The notes under the pieces were generated by a model, which ran no database searches, was not told the DNA's origin, and saw only the letters and a list, made by a program, of their open reading frames with translations. A DNA stretch of 60,339 nt, filler included, from Sphacelaria rigidula (lineage: Eukaryota), in assembly GCA_964200075.2 (NCBI GenBank). It is 6 parts of 6 records of this genome, joined end to end, with 100 filler letters (N's around TTAATTAATTAA, not from the genome) between each part and the next. Parts side by side here need not be neighbours in the genome. Positions count along the whole stretch, not along the records: positions 10,077 to 20,049 come from CAXNAA020007380.1; positions 20,150 to 30,122 come from CAXNAA020007381.1; 4 more parts are not named here. One strand, given 5' to 3'. Of this stretch, positions 13,187 through 24,700 are shown piece by piece (positions within the stretch are counted from its first letter, which is position 1; every line of letters starts with the position of its first letter). A program made the position numbers and the translations under genes.

Positions 13187-13450
13187 CACGAGTCGGACAA
13201 ATGAGTGATTCGTCTGGAATTTACTTGAATTTATGTGTGATTGATTCGTACCGTACGAATCAATCCTTACGCTTCGTTTTCAGCGTTGCAACCCAGGTAC
13301 GCGCAGCCCAGGCACGTGGAATGGCGCGAAAATTGCGTGTGAGAACTATTTGACCAGCAGTCAACTTTTCCCCCCCTCTTTGTTGAGCAATTAGGCCCGA
13401 AAAGTCGTGGATTTGGTGATTCAAACCGGGGATGATTCGTCCGACCCGTG
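13187..13450. mobile_element. CAC-terminal MITE (TIR CACGAGTCGGAC / GTCCGACCCGTG)
   Basis: Imperfect TIRs; interior homologous to 1190-1398. Confidence 0.6.
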
Positions 13451-13643
13451 GAATACTTGGACGGGCCAGGCAAGGAGGGGCGCGGATACAAGCTCTTGGC
13501 CGTGGGGTGAATCCAATGTGCAGCATATTTTCATTGCATTGGCCTTGTCAACCACTAGAAATATAGAAGTTCAGAAATCCACGAGTGGTGGATTCATTCC
13601 TGAAATAATTCTCTTCACGAAATGCCCCCCCATGCCGTCCATA

Positions 13644-14013
13644 GGTGTGTGTGTGCGTTGTCATCCCATGTATTCTGGACGCCAGTCTACTACACCTTCC
13701 GGTGTATGTGGGCGCATCCGGCAGGGTCACTCAGGAGTTTTGTCCATTTTTTATCTTGTTTTAGTACTCCACCTTGCTTCTGCGGTACTTGCCTCAGCTT
13801 TCATCGCGAGAGGGTTTTAGCGGTCCCCTATCCTCGTTGACCGTCAAGTCGACGTTTTGTGTGCCCACGACATACTGTAGCCGCTCTCCACTTTTTGGGC
13901 GTGGTGTGGGGGGAAAATTCCACGTCGTGTGATTGCACCGAGTTTCGAACCCACGACTTGACCGTGCAGAGAGTTTTGAGGTTACCAATTGAGCCACTAG
14001 CTAGGGCGACCGG
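13644..14013 (-). mobile_element. Full-length tRNA-derived SINE
   Basis: The reverse strand has A box TGGCTCAATTGG, B box GGTTCGAAAC, the shared body, a TACACC-GGAA-GGTGTA hairpin and a GATGACAACGCACACACAC tail. Confidence 0.85.
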
Positions 14014-14029
14014 AGTCATGTGCGAGACC

Positions 14030-14192
14030 TTGGACAATATATGGTCAATAGTTGCAAGAGACGAGAAGTATACTGCATAAAGTATAGGCCTATTGCGACT
14101 ATTGCCGGCCCACAATACTTGCGATGTGCCTATACTTGATACAGTACAGTTCTCGTCTATTACATCTATTGACCATATATTGTCCAGGGTGT
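14030..14192. mobile_element. Hairpin MITE of the CACACCCTGGACA family
   Basis: GGACAATATATGGTCAATAG ... CTATTGACCATATATTGTCC inverted arms; right end CCAGGGTGTG, also seen at about 3470-3482. Confidence 0.7.
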
Positions 14193-14745
14193 GGACGTTT
14201 ATAATAGTAGTTTGGTTGTGATTTCGATTTGATCAATTGTCGCACACTAACTAATCTCCGACAGATCCAGCCATGGTTGGCTGGTCACACGGGTAGACGT
14301 GCCTGATGTTGAGAGAAATAAAGAAGAAGGAAGAACGAGAAGGGGGGGGGGGGAAGTAGACAGAACAGAATGAACTGGCGAGAAGGGAAAAAAAAATAGG
14401 TTTAAGACGAATTGAGAATCAAACAGCAGAAGAAGAGAGGGGAAAGGAAACGACAAGAAGAACAACAAGCAAAGAAGGAGAAGAGACCGGTCCCGATTAA
14501 GATTAATGAGGTCTACCTGGCGCAGGCGGTTGTGAAACAAACTGTATTTTTTTCATCATGTGTACTTTCGACCCACAAATCAGCCCCATGGCGCATGAAT
14601 GAACACACATGTTGAAACACATGCACTTGAGCATGACCCAGACACTAGAGTATGACACGCACGCAGACAAAAATACTCTTTGTACTGTACCCTAATACTC
14701 CCTCTTGCCCGGCTTTCTCACCCCTCCCTCCCGTACATACATCAG

Positions 14746-15432
14746 CCGCGTCAAAGATCCGCAACTTTGTCAGTGGGCCCCGGCGCGCGACACCCCGACA
14801 TCAGCCAAGTTCTCTCCACAGGGTCATCCTCCAACTACTCCAATTCACTCCCGTCGTCATCACCTTCCAAGAAGAAACCACAAGTGCACGCGACGGCGTC
14901 GTCGGCGACGCCTGTTCCCCCCGCGCCACCCAGTCTCGAGCGCGATCTTGCCAACGGAAACCCCGCGCGATTTCGACTTTCAGTAGACGACAGTACCCGC
15001 GATGGTGCTCCGGACTCCATCCACACTGTGACGGTAGGCGTTGGCCGGCCAACGACACACGGGGGGCACAAGCAGCAGCAGCAGCAGCAGCAGACAGGCA
15101 GCAGGCGGGAGGCGCAGGAGAAAAGTTGGAGCAACAGGGGGGATGGGGGTCCACGCGATCATCACGCGGGCGAACACGTCCGACAGCGTGTCGCAGCCGC
15201 GACTTTGACTGCCGGGGGGGAGGGGATGACTTCTAGGCATTACCCTGGCGCGTTTTCGAAGGAGGGGAGAGGAGGAGGAGGCGGAGAAGATGAGGGAAGT
15301 ACCCCCGATGATGATGTGGGCAGTGGGGGTGACGTTGGGGGGGGGAGCGGTATGAGGCAGCGGGTAGTGGCGGGTGCGGACTTGCTGCCGAGGGAGATCT
15401 ATCAGAAGCTTTCGGATTACGTGATTGGACAG
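14746..15432 (+). CDS. clpX: Internal exon of an ATP-dependent Clp protease ATP-binding subunit (ClpX-type AAA+), with a long low-complexity N-terminal region
   Basis: The frame ends LLPREIYQKLSDYVIGQ, matching the ClpX 'PxEIxxxLDxYVIGQ' start of the AAA+ module, and is followed directly by donor GTATGT at 15433. The CATCAG acceptor at 14745 is my best guess. HslU cannot be fully excluded from this motif alone. No other exons were found in the contig. Confidence 0.75.
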
Positions 15433-16390
15433 GTATGTGTGTATTGATTTCATTTGATTGATGACCGTCGTACCTTTCCTGATCCTCGTGGGATCCAGCC
15501 GTAATCACGTGATGGACGTACCCGGGGAGGAAATGTGCATAGGGGGTTTTGTATCAGAACCCCCCCCACCCCCACCCCCTCCTTTTTGTCTCAAAAGTCT
15601 GTTCCGAAAGAAATAACCACGCAGCGCATGATAGCTGGTTTCAGACTTCATGAAACCCCTACTATGGGCGAGGTTGACAACGGCAATCCCAAGCGTGGAA
15701 AATTCCCAGCTGCTGGGTGTACTCGGCATTCGTCATTTTTTCAGTTTACACGTAAATTTCGCCTCCTCAGCCTCACACCAGCCATTTTTCTGGAGGGAGC
15801 TTTTGCGGGTATCATTTAACGTTCGACTGTAAGTGGCCGGGGGAGGGGGGGTGCGGATGCGGGGTTCGTCCCTCTTTAACCGCCTTGACGGCGAAGCAGT
15901 GAATTCGTGTCCATCGTACATACATACCACTACCGGTTTTTTTTTTTCTTGAGGGGTGGGGAGAGGGGCGTCTTGACTTCTTACATGCACGATTATCCCC
16001 CAGTTAAGATCCGCAAACCCTTCGCAGTCAAGGAGTGAGGTCATATCTCATCTTGTGGGGATTTTTCTTTGTTTCATGTGGTCCGTCGTTTTTTTTTTCT
16101 TCACTTTTGAGACATTTCATTCCACGCAGGTGTTCAAACCCCAAATAGGCAGTTTGATTGGTCACCACGTCTCTGTGGACTCCACGCCACCACTTGAGGA
16201 GAGAAAAAGGGCCGTGGCTCTCTCACTATAATAGTCCAATTTGCTGAGCTCTAGAGCGACCCCTGGAAAAAACTCCGGCCGGAGAAAACAATGCGAGGGT
16301 CGGAGGAAAGACAACTTCGTACCGTACGAATCAATCAATGTATCCTTGGACTTTGTTTTTGCGTTGCAACGCAGGCACATGCAATAATTC

Positions 16391-16644
16391 TACACGTCGG
16401 ACAGATCATGATCCGTCTGAAAATTACTTCTACTCAGTATACTGATCCGGATCATGATCCGGATCGTTTGACCCCCCCTTTTCCATGCTTGCTCGTTACA
16501 GCGCGAGACGCCGAGTAGCGCAACGGTTGCGCTTTGGCTTTTCTGACTCCGCGGTCATATATGTTTTGTTATCTTGGAACCAACGCATTCGAGAGTCTCG
16601 TTTGATTAGTTGTTTCAAACAGATCATGATCTGTCCGACGTTTG
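16391..16644. mobile_element. CAC-terminal MITE, TIR about 30 bp (ACGTCGGACAGATCATGATC)
   Basis: Inverted match between 16393-16420 and 16615-16644. Confidence 0.75.
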
Positions 16645-16653
16645 AATAGCTCA

Positions 16654-16910
16654 CATACATCGGACGAGTCAGTACTCGTCGAAACAAGTGCACTCGTGGA
16701 TGATTTTTGAAAGCACAACGAGCATGATTCGTGTGCTCGAGTCGTTAATTTTTGTCACAATGAGCAATGACTCCTACGCTCGAGTCATTCAGCTTTTTTT
16801 CACAACGAGCAATGACTCGTGTGCTCGAGTCATGATTTTTTTTCACAACGAGCAATGACTCGTGTGCTCGAATCATGATTTTTTTTTCACAACGAGCAAT
16901 GACTCGAAGG
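16654..16910. repeat. Transposon end with a 42-45-bp tandem array (ACAACGAGCAATGACTCGTGTGCTCGAGTCATGATTTTTTTTC)
   Basis: Units start at 16715, 16757, 16802, 16845 and 16889. A related inverted array lies at 29949-30122. Both follow a CATAC(A/G)TCGGACGAG terminus. Confidence 0.8.
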
Positions 16911-17290
16911 CTCATCCTACGAATGTATTACTCAAGAGATACTCTCCGCCGCTTGAGTACAACTCTGATCTCTCCGGTTGATGCTTCACGGCCAATGCCA
17001 CTACCAATGCCAATGCCAATGAAGTACAACGACAGTACCATAGATGAGACGAAAAAAAAATGTACCCCACAAAAAAGTCGCAAATGCTTATTTCTTTATA
17101 TATCCATCACATCCCTAAATGCCACCATCTTTTGCAGGCGTTGGATTTCATTCATTTGTCGGATTTGTATTCTTCAGCTTGAAGACGTTCGCCACAGTTC
17201 TTTGCCCCGAAACAGGAAAATATCGTCTCCGAACGTCATGGACACCATGCATACATTCCCACAGGGAACGGATTCAGATCTTCGGCCGCT

Positions 17291-18060
17291 TTGGATTGAT
17301 TGTCGCACTTTAAGAGACCTCCCCAGGGGTTCAGCCGTGGTCTCATGATGAACGTACCAAAAAACAACACTAAAAACACGCTCTGAACGTTTTATGCGTT
17401 AAAATAAAAAATGTTGAAAAATGTTTTTTGGGTCCTTCCCCGTTATTTTACGCCCTAAAAGCGGGATAGGCAGATGTTGACGCAACATAGAGAAGGGAAT
17501 ATAAGAGACAAAGAGACCGAGCGAAGCTCGTTTCCTGGGGGGGGGGGGGGGGGGGGGTGCACAGACAAGAAACCATCAGGAACAAGAGATGAACAAACCA
17601 GAGGTAGAAACCAAACACGATGCTTCACGTGTCTAGCGTAGGCTATGGTGAGTTGCTGTTGGTACTGTCGGTCCCAGGTGCTGTCGGTGTATCTTGGCCT
17701 GCAGCTTTCGCGTGCCGTATCGCTGCCTCTGCGTCATCCTTTTGGCACCAGTCCGCCATAAACCTTTATGCTCCCTGTTTAACACAGCTGTGCCACTCTA
17801 CTGCATTCAAGGCTCTGGTAGTCAACCCCTGCCATTCGATACCGAACGCCTTCATGTCTTCCGCTAGGCAGCGGATCCAGTCCTTGTGCCTGCCGTTAAA
17901 CTCTCTTTTTTGCCCCTTCACGGCTATAATTTCACCGAACATGACGTGTCTCGGTATCCGTCCGGGTGACATGCGCGTGACGAAACCGGCAAAATGGAGT
18001 CTCCTTTTTCACCGTCGTCTCGATGCTTTCGCACCCTCTCCTCGCGAGGGTCTCTCGGTA
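17291..18060 (-). mobile_element. RTE-clade LINE remnant: ORF2 C-terminus (17643-18060, frameshift and stop), 3' UTR and (AATC)n tail
   Basis: Translation SYRETLARRGCESIETTVKK/RRLHFAGFVTRMSPGRIPRHVMFGEI...DWIRCLAEDMKAFGIEW...EWHSCVKQGA matches the RTE ORF2 post-RT region. The conserved 3' module lies about 300 bp after the stop. Confidence 0.85.
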
Positions 18061-20049
18061 TGACAGAACGTGGCCTGTGCGATTGCGTTTGTGCCATCCA
18101 AGACAGCGCCTGAGCAACGCATGGTAGACCGTGCGCAGTGTACTGTAGTGACCGCTGGGGTAATATATATATAAAGCATAGTACACAGCGAGCAAAAGGG
18201 CACCGCAACTCCGCAACCATCCAGGACGAGAAAACCAAGTTGTGAAGAAACAGAGGAGCCGCGTAGGCGCTATGGGATAAGAAAGGGCTATAGAAAACAA
18301 CCAAAAGCGGCTATGGAACCCAGGGGAGACGAAAAACACTGCTAATGCAACGAGATCCATCCACCAGAAGTATATATCTATGTAAACAAAAAAAAGGAAC
18401 GAAGAAAGGAAGAGAAAAAAGGAAAATGATACTCAAGAAACAGCTCGTACTTCCTTCCCAAACTATACACATATAAAAAGAAAATGAAAGAAAGCCGGAG
18501 GCAACAGGATATAGACTACACCCTCTCGAGGTACCGTGTTGAAGGGTTGGTGCTCTACGCTTTGTCCCATCTAGCGCCCTTCTCTTTTTCTTCTTATTTT
18601 ATTTGCCGCTTCCTAACTCGTGACTGATGGTGTTGCCGTCTTGCTCGACTGCGCTAGCTGTTGGAGTTCTCTCCGTGACAACTCCTCTCAGTCCCAGTCG
18701 TCGTATCGCATGGCGTATACCTGTCGTGCTGCAGCTTCCTGCCCCTGCCATCTCGATACGTGGAGCTTTCACTCTCCTTCACCATTACCAGATCCCCTTC
18801 CGTGACCGACACGCCTGCTGATGGTCTCGAGATGGCTACATTGTCCTTCTCCCGCGACGCTGTTTTTGCCCCCTGCCTTTGTCCATCGCCATTCTTACCT
18901 CACGGAGGTTCTGTCTGCGCTGTTCAACGAAGGCATCTAGGCCCTTGTTCGGTTCTGCTTCTTGTGAGAGAGGGGCACGAGCGAGTCTAGCGATGTGCAC
19001 GGTTTGCGGCCGAACAGCAGCTCAAAAGAGGACATGTTAGAAGGAAGCGATGTGTCGGGCAATGTGCGCTTGATCCAGAGGGCGGGTGAGACTACTCATC
19101 CCACCTCTGGGGCCACAGCCTACATAATTCCGACAGCATGTCCAACAGCCATCCCCCAAGTCACTCGACCGCTCCCTGACCGCGTGGGTGGTCTGACGGC
19201 CCAAAGGCGATGTCCGCCTTCAACCACCTGCACAGATGCGTGACGACATCGGCCTTGAACTCTTTGCCCCGTCTCTGGTGTTTCGCTGCCTGCAAGATCT
19301 GACTGCACCTGTTCGAGAAAGGAATCTCTTTGTTGGTGGTGCCAGAGATTGCTCACGTTGGTGAGTATCCGTAGTGCACGATCGATCGCCGTTGTGTCCA
19401 TCAAGTCCGGATCTGTTAACCCCGTAGGCATTTCTCCCTCGGCTAGGAGCACTTTACCCTCTTCTACTCTTTCACCGGTTGTCGGCGGAATGATCGGTGT
19501 CGGTATCTGTAGCGGTGCTTTAATCGGCGTTGGCTCTGCGGGCGGATTCGGGGCGACCACTTGAGGAGTGAAGGGCAGAGGTGTTGTATACACAGCATCG
19601 GGGGGTTGCAGGCGTACTGACGGCCTGCGAGCACGAGTCGAACGGCGCACAGGTTGATTATCGGTGATGACTGCGCATTCTGAGAAAGGGAGTAAACTCA
19701 GGGTGGCGATGTCCGGTGGGTTGTTGGAGTTCGACGATGAGTACATACTTGTGTCTGCACTCACTGACGTACCCGCTGCTTCTGGTTGTAGTTCCGACAG
19801 TCGTTGTCCCGCGAGTTGTGGTCCCTGTGGGCCTACAAATTCTGTCGGCGAGCCCGACGTGAAATCGTCCGGAAAGGAGTAATTAATATCGGGCTGTGGC
19901 TCACTCGCGTGTGGGAGTCGGGACAATGCATCTGGCAACACATGCTGGGACCCCTCCCGCCACTGGAGGTCGATGTCATACTCCATTGAACAGGGTTGCC
20001 AGAAAAATGAGAACGTATTTTGAAATGAGAATCCAACGCTCCCCGGGAT
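18061..20049 (-). mobile_element. Degenerate Ty3/Gypsy LTR retrotransposon, 3' half (RNase H end, deleted integrase, 3' LTR 18061-18520)
   Basis: MEYDIDLQWREGSQHVLPDALSRL (RNase H C-terminus); SSFELLFGRKP (integrase); EGDLVMVK...RKLQHDRYT (GPY/F module). A purine run GAGAGGG precedes a TGTAG...TGTCA LTR containing a TATA tract. The element abuts the RTE remnant. Confidence 0.85.
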
Positions 20050-20149
20050 NNNNNNNNNNNNNNNNNNNNNNNNNNNNNNNNNNNNNNNNNNNNTTAATTA
20101 ATTAANNNNNNNNNNNNNNNNNNNNNNNNNNNNNNNNNNNNNNNNNNNN
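20050..20149. other. Artificial contig linker
   Basis: Same 100-bp N44-TTAATTAATTAA-N44 structure. Confidence 0.98.
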
Positions 20150-20270
20150 ACTGCCTGACACCGTTTGGAACCAAGTACAAGCGCAACGCAAGTGCGGAAG
20201 GATGTCTGACACACTCAAGAGCCTCTTTTTTCGTGCAACCATATACCCCCCCCCCTATCGTAGGATGACT
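20150..20270. repeat. High-copy repeat at a contig start
   Basis: Near-identical to 40328-40452 (ACTGCCTGACACCGTTTGGAACCAA.TACAAGCGCAACGC...CGTAGGATGACTC). Confidence 0.85.
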
Positions 20271-20973
20271 CGCAGTGTCACCGTACCAGAAGATATTTCG
20301 GCTCCGGATGCGTTAGAAACTGCACTACATGACTTCCTCTCCTTCGAAGGGAGGGGATTCGGTTGAATATGACTAGTACCTGGTGGATGTAAAACTGGGT
20401 GATCAAAACCAGGATTGAAAAGTTGGGTTTGGTCACTGTTCAATCGATAGCCATGCAACGGTGCACGGGCTTCAACTGTCTTGGAACCCTTCAAGGCAGT
20501 GTCAGCATATCCAGGGAACCCACACCACATGGTTGAACCCGCGGTGGCCGCCGTTGGTTCACGTGTGTGATGTTTGTGACCTGGCCGAGCAAAAAACAAT
20601 TGTTGACATAAAGTTGTTGGATACTTCTGCGGTGAATTACCGGCCATTGTTATTTCTAATTGTGGAATTATACCAACTAGTGAGAAACAAACTACAGAAG
20701 TAGAAAATAAGCAGGCAGGTGGCGGCGCTTAGGTTGTGGGCTAAGCAACGCGTACTGGGTTACCCCACTGGATGCTATTTGGAATCTCCGGAACTTGTAG
20801 AACGTTCCCAAAGGTTGTCAAGCTGTGAGGTGAGCATCAGTGTTGTGTGGGTACCGTCCTGGCGGGGTTCAGCCGCGACACTAGGTCCACTCATGTGTAA
20901 ACGTCTACCGTTTTGTGAATGGGCCGGTTCATGTGGTTGAAAGTGTGCCAGGTCCGGTGGGTCAGGCGGTGAA

Positions 20974-21753
20974 TCAGTTGTCGCTTCTGGGGCGGAGCAG
21001 GCGACCGTACGAACGCAGTTGTGATTGCCAGACTTGCCAACATGGTCCAAAATGGCGCGAAGCTTCCAAGTGGCTTTTTATCAACAGCTCATATTCTTGC
21101 TCCGCAATTTCCAGAGCCTTCGTGGCTACGCGTATCGTGCGTTCTGGTTCATTCTGTTCCGTTGGCTTTTTCTCGGGGTGTACATCTACATTTTGGGAGG
21201 CCTGAGCGGGCTCCTGCACTCTTGTAGATACCTGTAGGCGGGCAAATTCCAACTCTCTGTGCTCAAGTTCAATTTGTGCTAGATCGTTGCTGCGAATCTG
21301 ATTCCAGCACGCTGTCTGTTTAGCCACTGAAACGTTGTACCAATGGCGCGGAATGAAGGCTGGACGCTTTTGCCGAAGCCGGTCGAGTGTATCGTCACGC
21401 GTGGGCAGGGATTGTTCCAATTTGAGCGGCGTATCAAAAGCTAGGGCGGGGCAATCAGAGGGTTCAGCACCGGTTTCGGTGCGGAGGTCATCGTCAGGAA
21501 AGGTTTTCGTAGCATCAGGGCTCACGTGGAGAGATGCCATCTGAGAAAGAAGAGTGGGCATACCGTCAGCGCTTTGGATGGCTGCTTGGTGTGTAGTGGT
21601 ATGTTCACTAAGGGAGGGGGGGTGAGTATGGGGAGGAGAACTACGATCCTCATCGAAAGTTTCAGCCACATCCCTGAAAATGTGCCCTGCAAGAACGCTA
21701 TCATCTACATCGAAACGTTCCGGATTGTTGTTGGCAGCCGTCTCATTACGCAT
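20974..21753 (-). pseudogene. 259-aa intronless ORF, probably transposon-derived (gag/ORF1-like, coiled-coil segments)
   Basis: Long open frame with protein-like composition. A TGTTG...GTTACA LTR-like segment lies upstream at about 22121-22254. No diagnostic motif recognised. Confidence 0.35.
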
Positions 21754-24700
21754 GGATGACCGTACAGTTGTTTTACCACTGTCTGTAGGGAGCGCACCGT
21801 CCTTCGTGACATCGTGCTCCGATGAGAGCGGTTGATGTCAGATATGGCTTGTACACCTGCGCAATTGCGCCAGACCGGTAGCGTAGAGATGCAGAGGTTG
21901 AAAAGTGAACGTTTCGTCGTGGAATTGAGCATAGTTGTTGGGGACTGAGACGGCGTGAACAAAAAAAAGAGAAAACGAGTGGCGGGGTACTGTCGACAGT
22001 CTCAATCGACATGTAGTTCCGGGCATGCGGTCTAACACCTTTTCAATCAGGTGCAGACGAAGGGAAAAAGAATGTCGAAGGCACACAACAACCAGTCTGT
22101 GTGTGTGTGTGGTGGACAAATTGTAACAGCAAAGAGACAAGAAGAGAACGACCGTTGTCACAATCAGATATACAGTGACTGTCAACATCGCAACAGCGCC
22201 TTTGACGAACCTGCACGCCATGAAGAGAAAGATGTGACTGTCAACAGCGCAACAGCAACCCCTCGAGCGCTATTTTGAGAACATGTTGAGGTTGAGAAAA
22301 AAAAAACTGCCGGATGCCGTGTTTCCAGAGGCAATACCAGCGCAGCTGGCGATACTTATTACAGTACCGCGTAGTTCGCTGAAAATAGCCGAGTCGGGGG
22401 TTCGATCACGTATCATCGTGCAGATAAACAGTCAATAAATGTACAAGCGCAACCGTAATACAAATGTGTAGTGCAGTACAAACAGCAGCGTACAGAGCAC
22501 CAGACAGCAAAATGCTGTGTGGCACAGTACAGTACATATGATCTCCGCGTGGTGCAGCGGGCGCGGTTGACAGTGCAGTACGATGTCAATTTGTTCGTAT
22601 CACACGAAGAAAACCCGACACAATGTTTCACCCGCGCCGTGTGCGATCATTTCGAGAATGCATTATAGATGGCTTTGTTCAGGTAGGGGAGCAGTACCAA
22701 CGCACGATACAGCACGGCACCTCACCGCCCGCAAACATATTGCCCGCCGAGACCACTTGTGATTCAAACGGCACTGTACTGTGGACAGTACTTCGATTCG
22801 GAACAATGTTTCAACGCAGGAGGTACGCGGCATTCTGGGCGGTTGGTACGCGTTGCAGTGGTTGTGTTGGGGGGACAATCAAACTGTAGTGTACACTGGT
22901 GCCGGGTAAAAGCGACAAAAGTACAGGATCGAGAGCTCGTGTACAAGTAACACGAGCCTCGCGCCTCGCCGTGTTCAATCATGCTCGTGTACAGACATCT
23001 TAGTCCAGGCCAATCATGTCGCATCGATATAATTCGGTGTACATGATGAGCTCAACGTTCCGTGTTTGGGCAAGAGAAGTCGTCTGCACAGCGGCGGCGA
23101 TTGAAATAGCCCGCGTACTCCATATCTGCAAGCATGAACCGGCGTGTGTTGGGACACATGTTGGTCGATTCGGTTGTTACAGGGTTGACGAGCGGTGCGC
23201 GGGGGCACTGGCGGGGCAGGTGGTCGGGGGGTGTTGAAACAGCTACGGGCCCGTGAGGGCGTATGTAAACAACGAACGTGGGAGAGGCTGCATTTTCCGA
23301 GAACCGCCCGTGGGTGAAAAAACAGAAATAGCAGTTCAGATCGCGTGTACGTGTACCTTAAGCGCCTGATGGTCCGGTCGCGATTGCCTAAAACCAGTGT
23401 GGATACTGTATGACACGTCAAGGACCTGAAGCTAGACTAGAGTCGGAGGGATCGTCAACTCGAATTAAAAAAGGAGGCAGCTGCCTTTGAAAAGAGAACA
23501 GCGGATCACCCGATAAATGGACAAATATCATGTGAAAATCAAAGGCCGAAAATATAGGACTTAAAAAACAAACAAACAAACAAACGTGAGCTTGTGTTCG
23601 GCCGATGCGTGAACAGCGGCCGACGGAAGAGAAAACCCTACTGCTTGGATGAAACAAGCTACCTCTGAAGCCCCATAAGTGTAACGGTAAGCACTAGCAA
23701 GCAAGCCGCACCCCAAGGTATGTGAGTGTGACCCGCTGGTCCTGTGTTCGGCTCATTAACTCAAGCAATGAGGTTCTCTCGCCCACGGCACACATTAACA
23801 GCTGACAGCTGTTATTATAATTAAGCACCGAGCTCTTTCAGAAAAGAAAAAACCAAAAGACAGAAAGGGATTACAATACACGTCACTCACTTCTTGAGAA
23901 ACGGCTTGCTGGCCAGAGAGTCAGACGTCGTGTAGAGCAGATGAAACGTTGATGGTCCTTCTTGTGATTAGTTCCACGGTAAGCCTCTCTTTGACCGGTG
24001 GATCGTAAGTGAACTCTTGGGGCGATGGTGGGCGCTGCTCGCCTTTACCTCCAAAACCTCCTTGCTACGCATACAATGGCCATAATACCAACTCGTTGTG
24101 GCGCGTGCCTTTCATCTACCTATTTTGGCAGGAGCGTGCCCCATATGGCTAATCCGATACAAGCAATCCGACTACAAAATCAGTCTGACGCGCCATGCTG
24201 TGGCCAATCAAAGCGTCTGTAGAAGCGTCCGTAGTTGCACGGCCGAGAATGCATATACCAGTCTAGAGATTCCTCGGATCCCGCAGTAATATCCAAAAAG
24301 GCACCGCTTACTTTTCTACTTTACAAGCACACATTCGACTAGAATATTTTCATACCCGCCGGTCGTTTCTGGGGACCATCTGCAAATCCCAAAGAACTAG
24401 TTTAATTCAGGCACTCAGTCATTTACCATCACATTAGCCCACCCTGGATCGTTCAAGTGCAGCTCCTTTTCAGAAGGGTCGAACTTGCATCGAGCCACAC
24501 CACTCCCACACCATAGAAAGTTGAGATTCGTTTCAAAGATCGAGTATTTTACGGTACGGGGAACGGAAAGGGGCGGCCAACACAAAAAATCAATAAAATA
24601 CAAAGACAATCACATACCCACAAAAAATCGAGGCACTCAGTCATTTCTCATCACATTGTTCCCCGACACTTTGGGTTGTAGCATATATTACTAGTTTAAC

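Noticed and set aside
16715-16910. CRISPR-like array (partly palindromic repeats; also 481-940, 7443-7650, 28260-28820 and 30021-30122)
   Set aside because: The units are head-to-tail with no unique spacers, the repeats are degenerate, there are no cas genes, and the context is eukaryotic TE.
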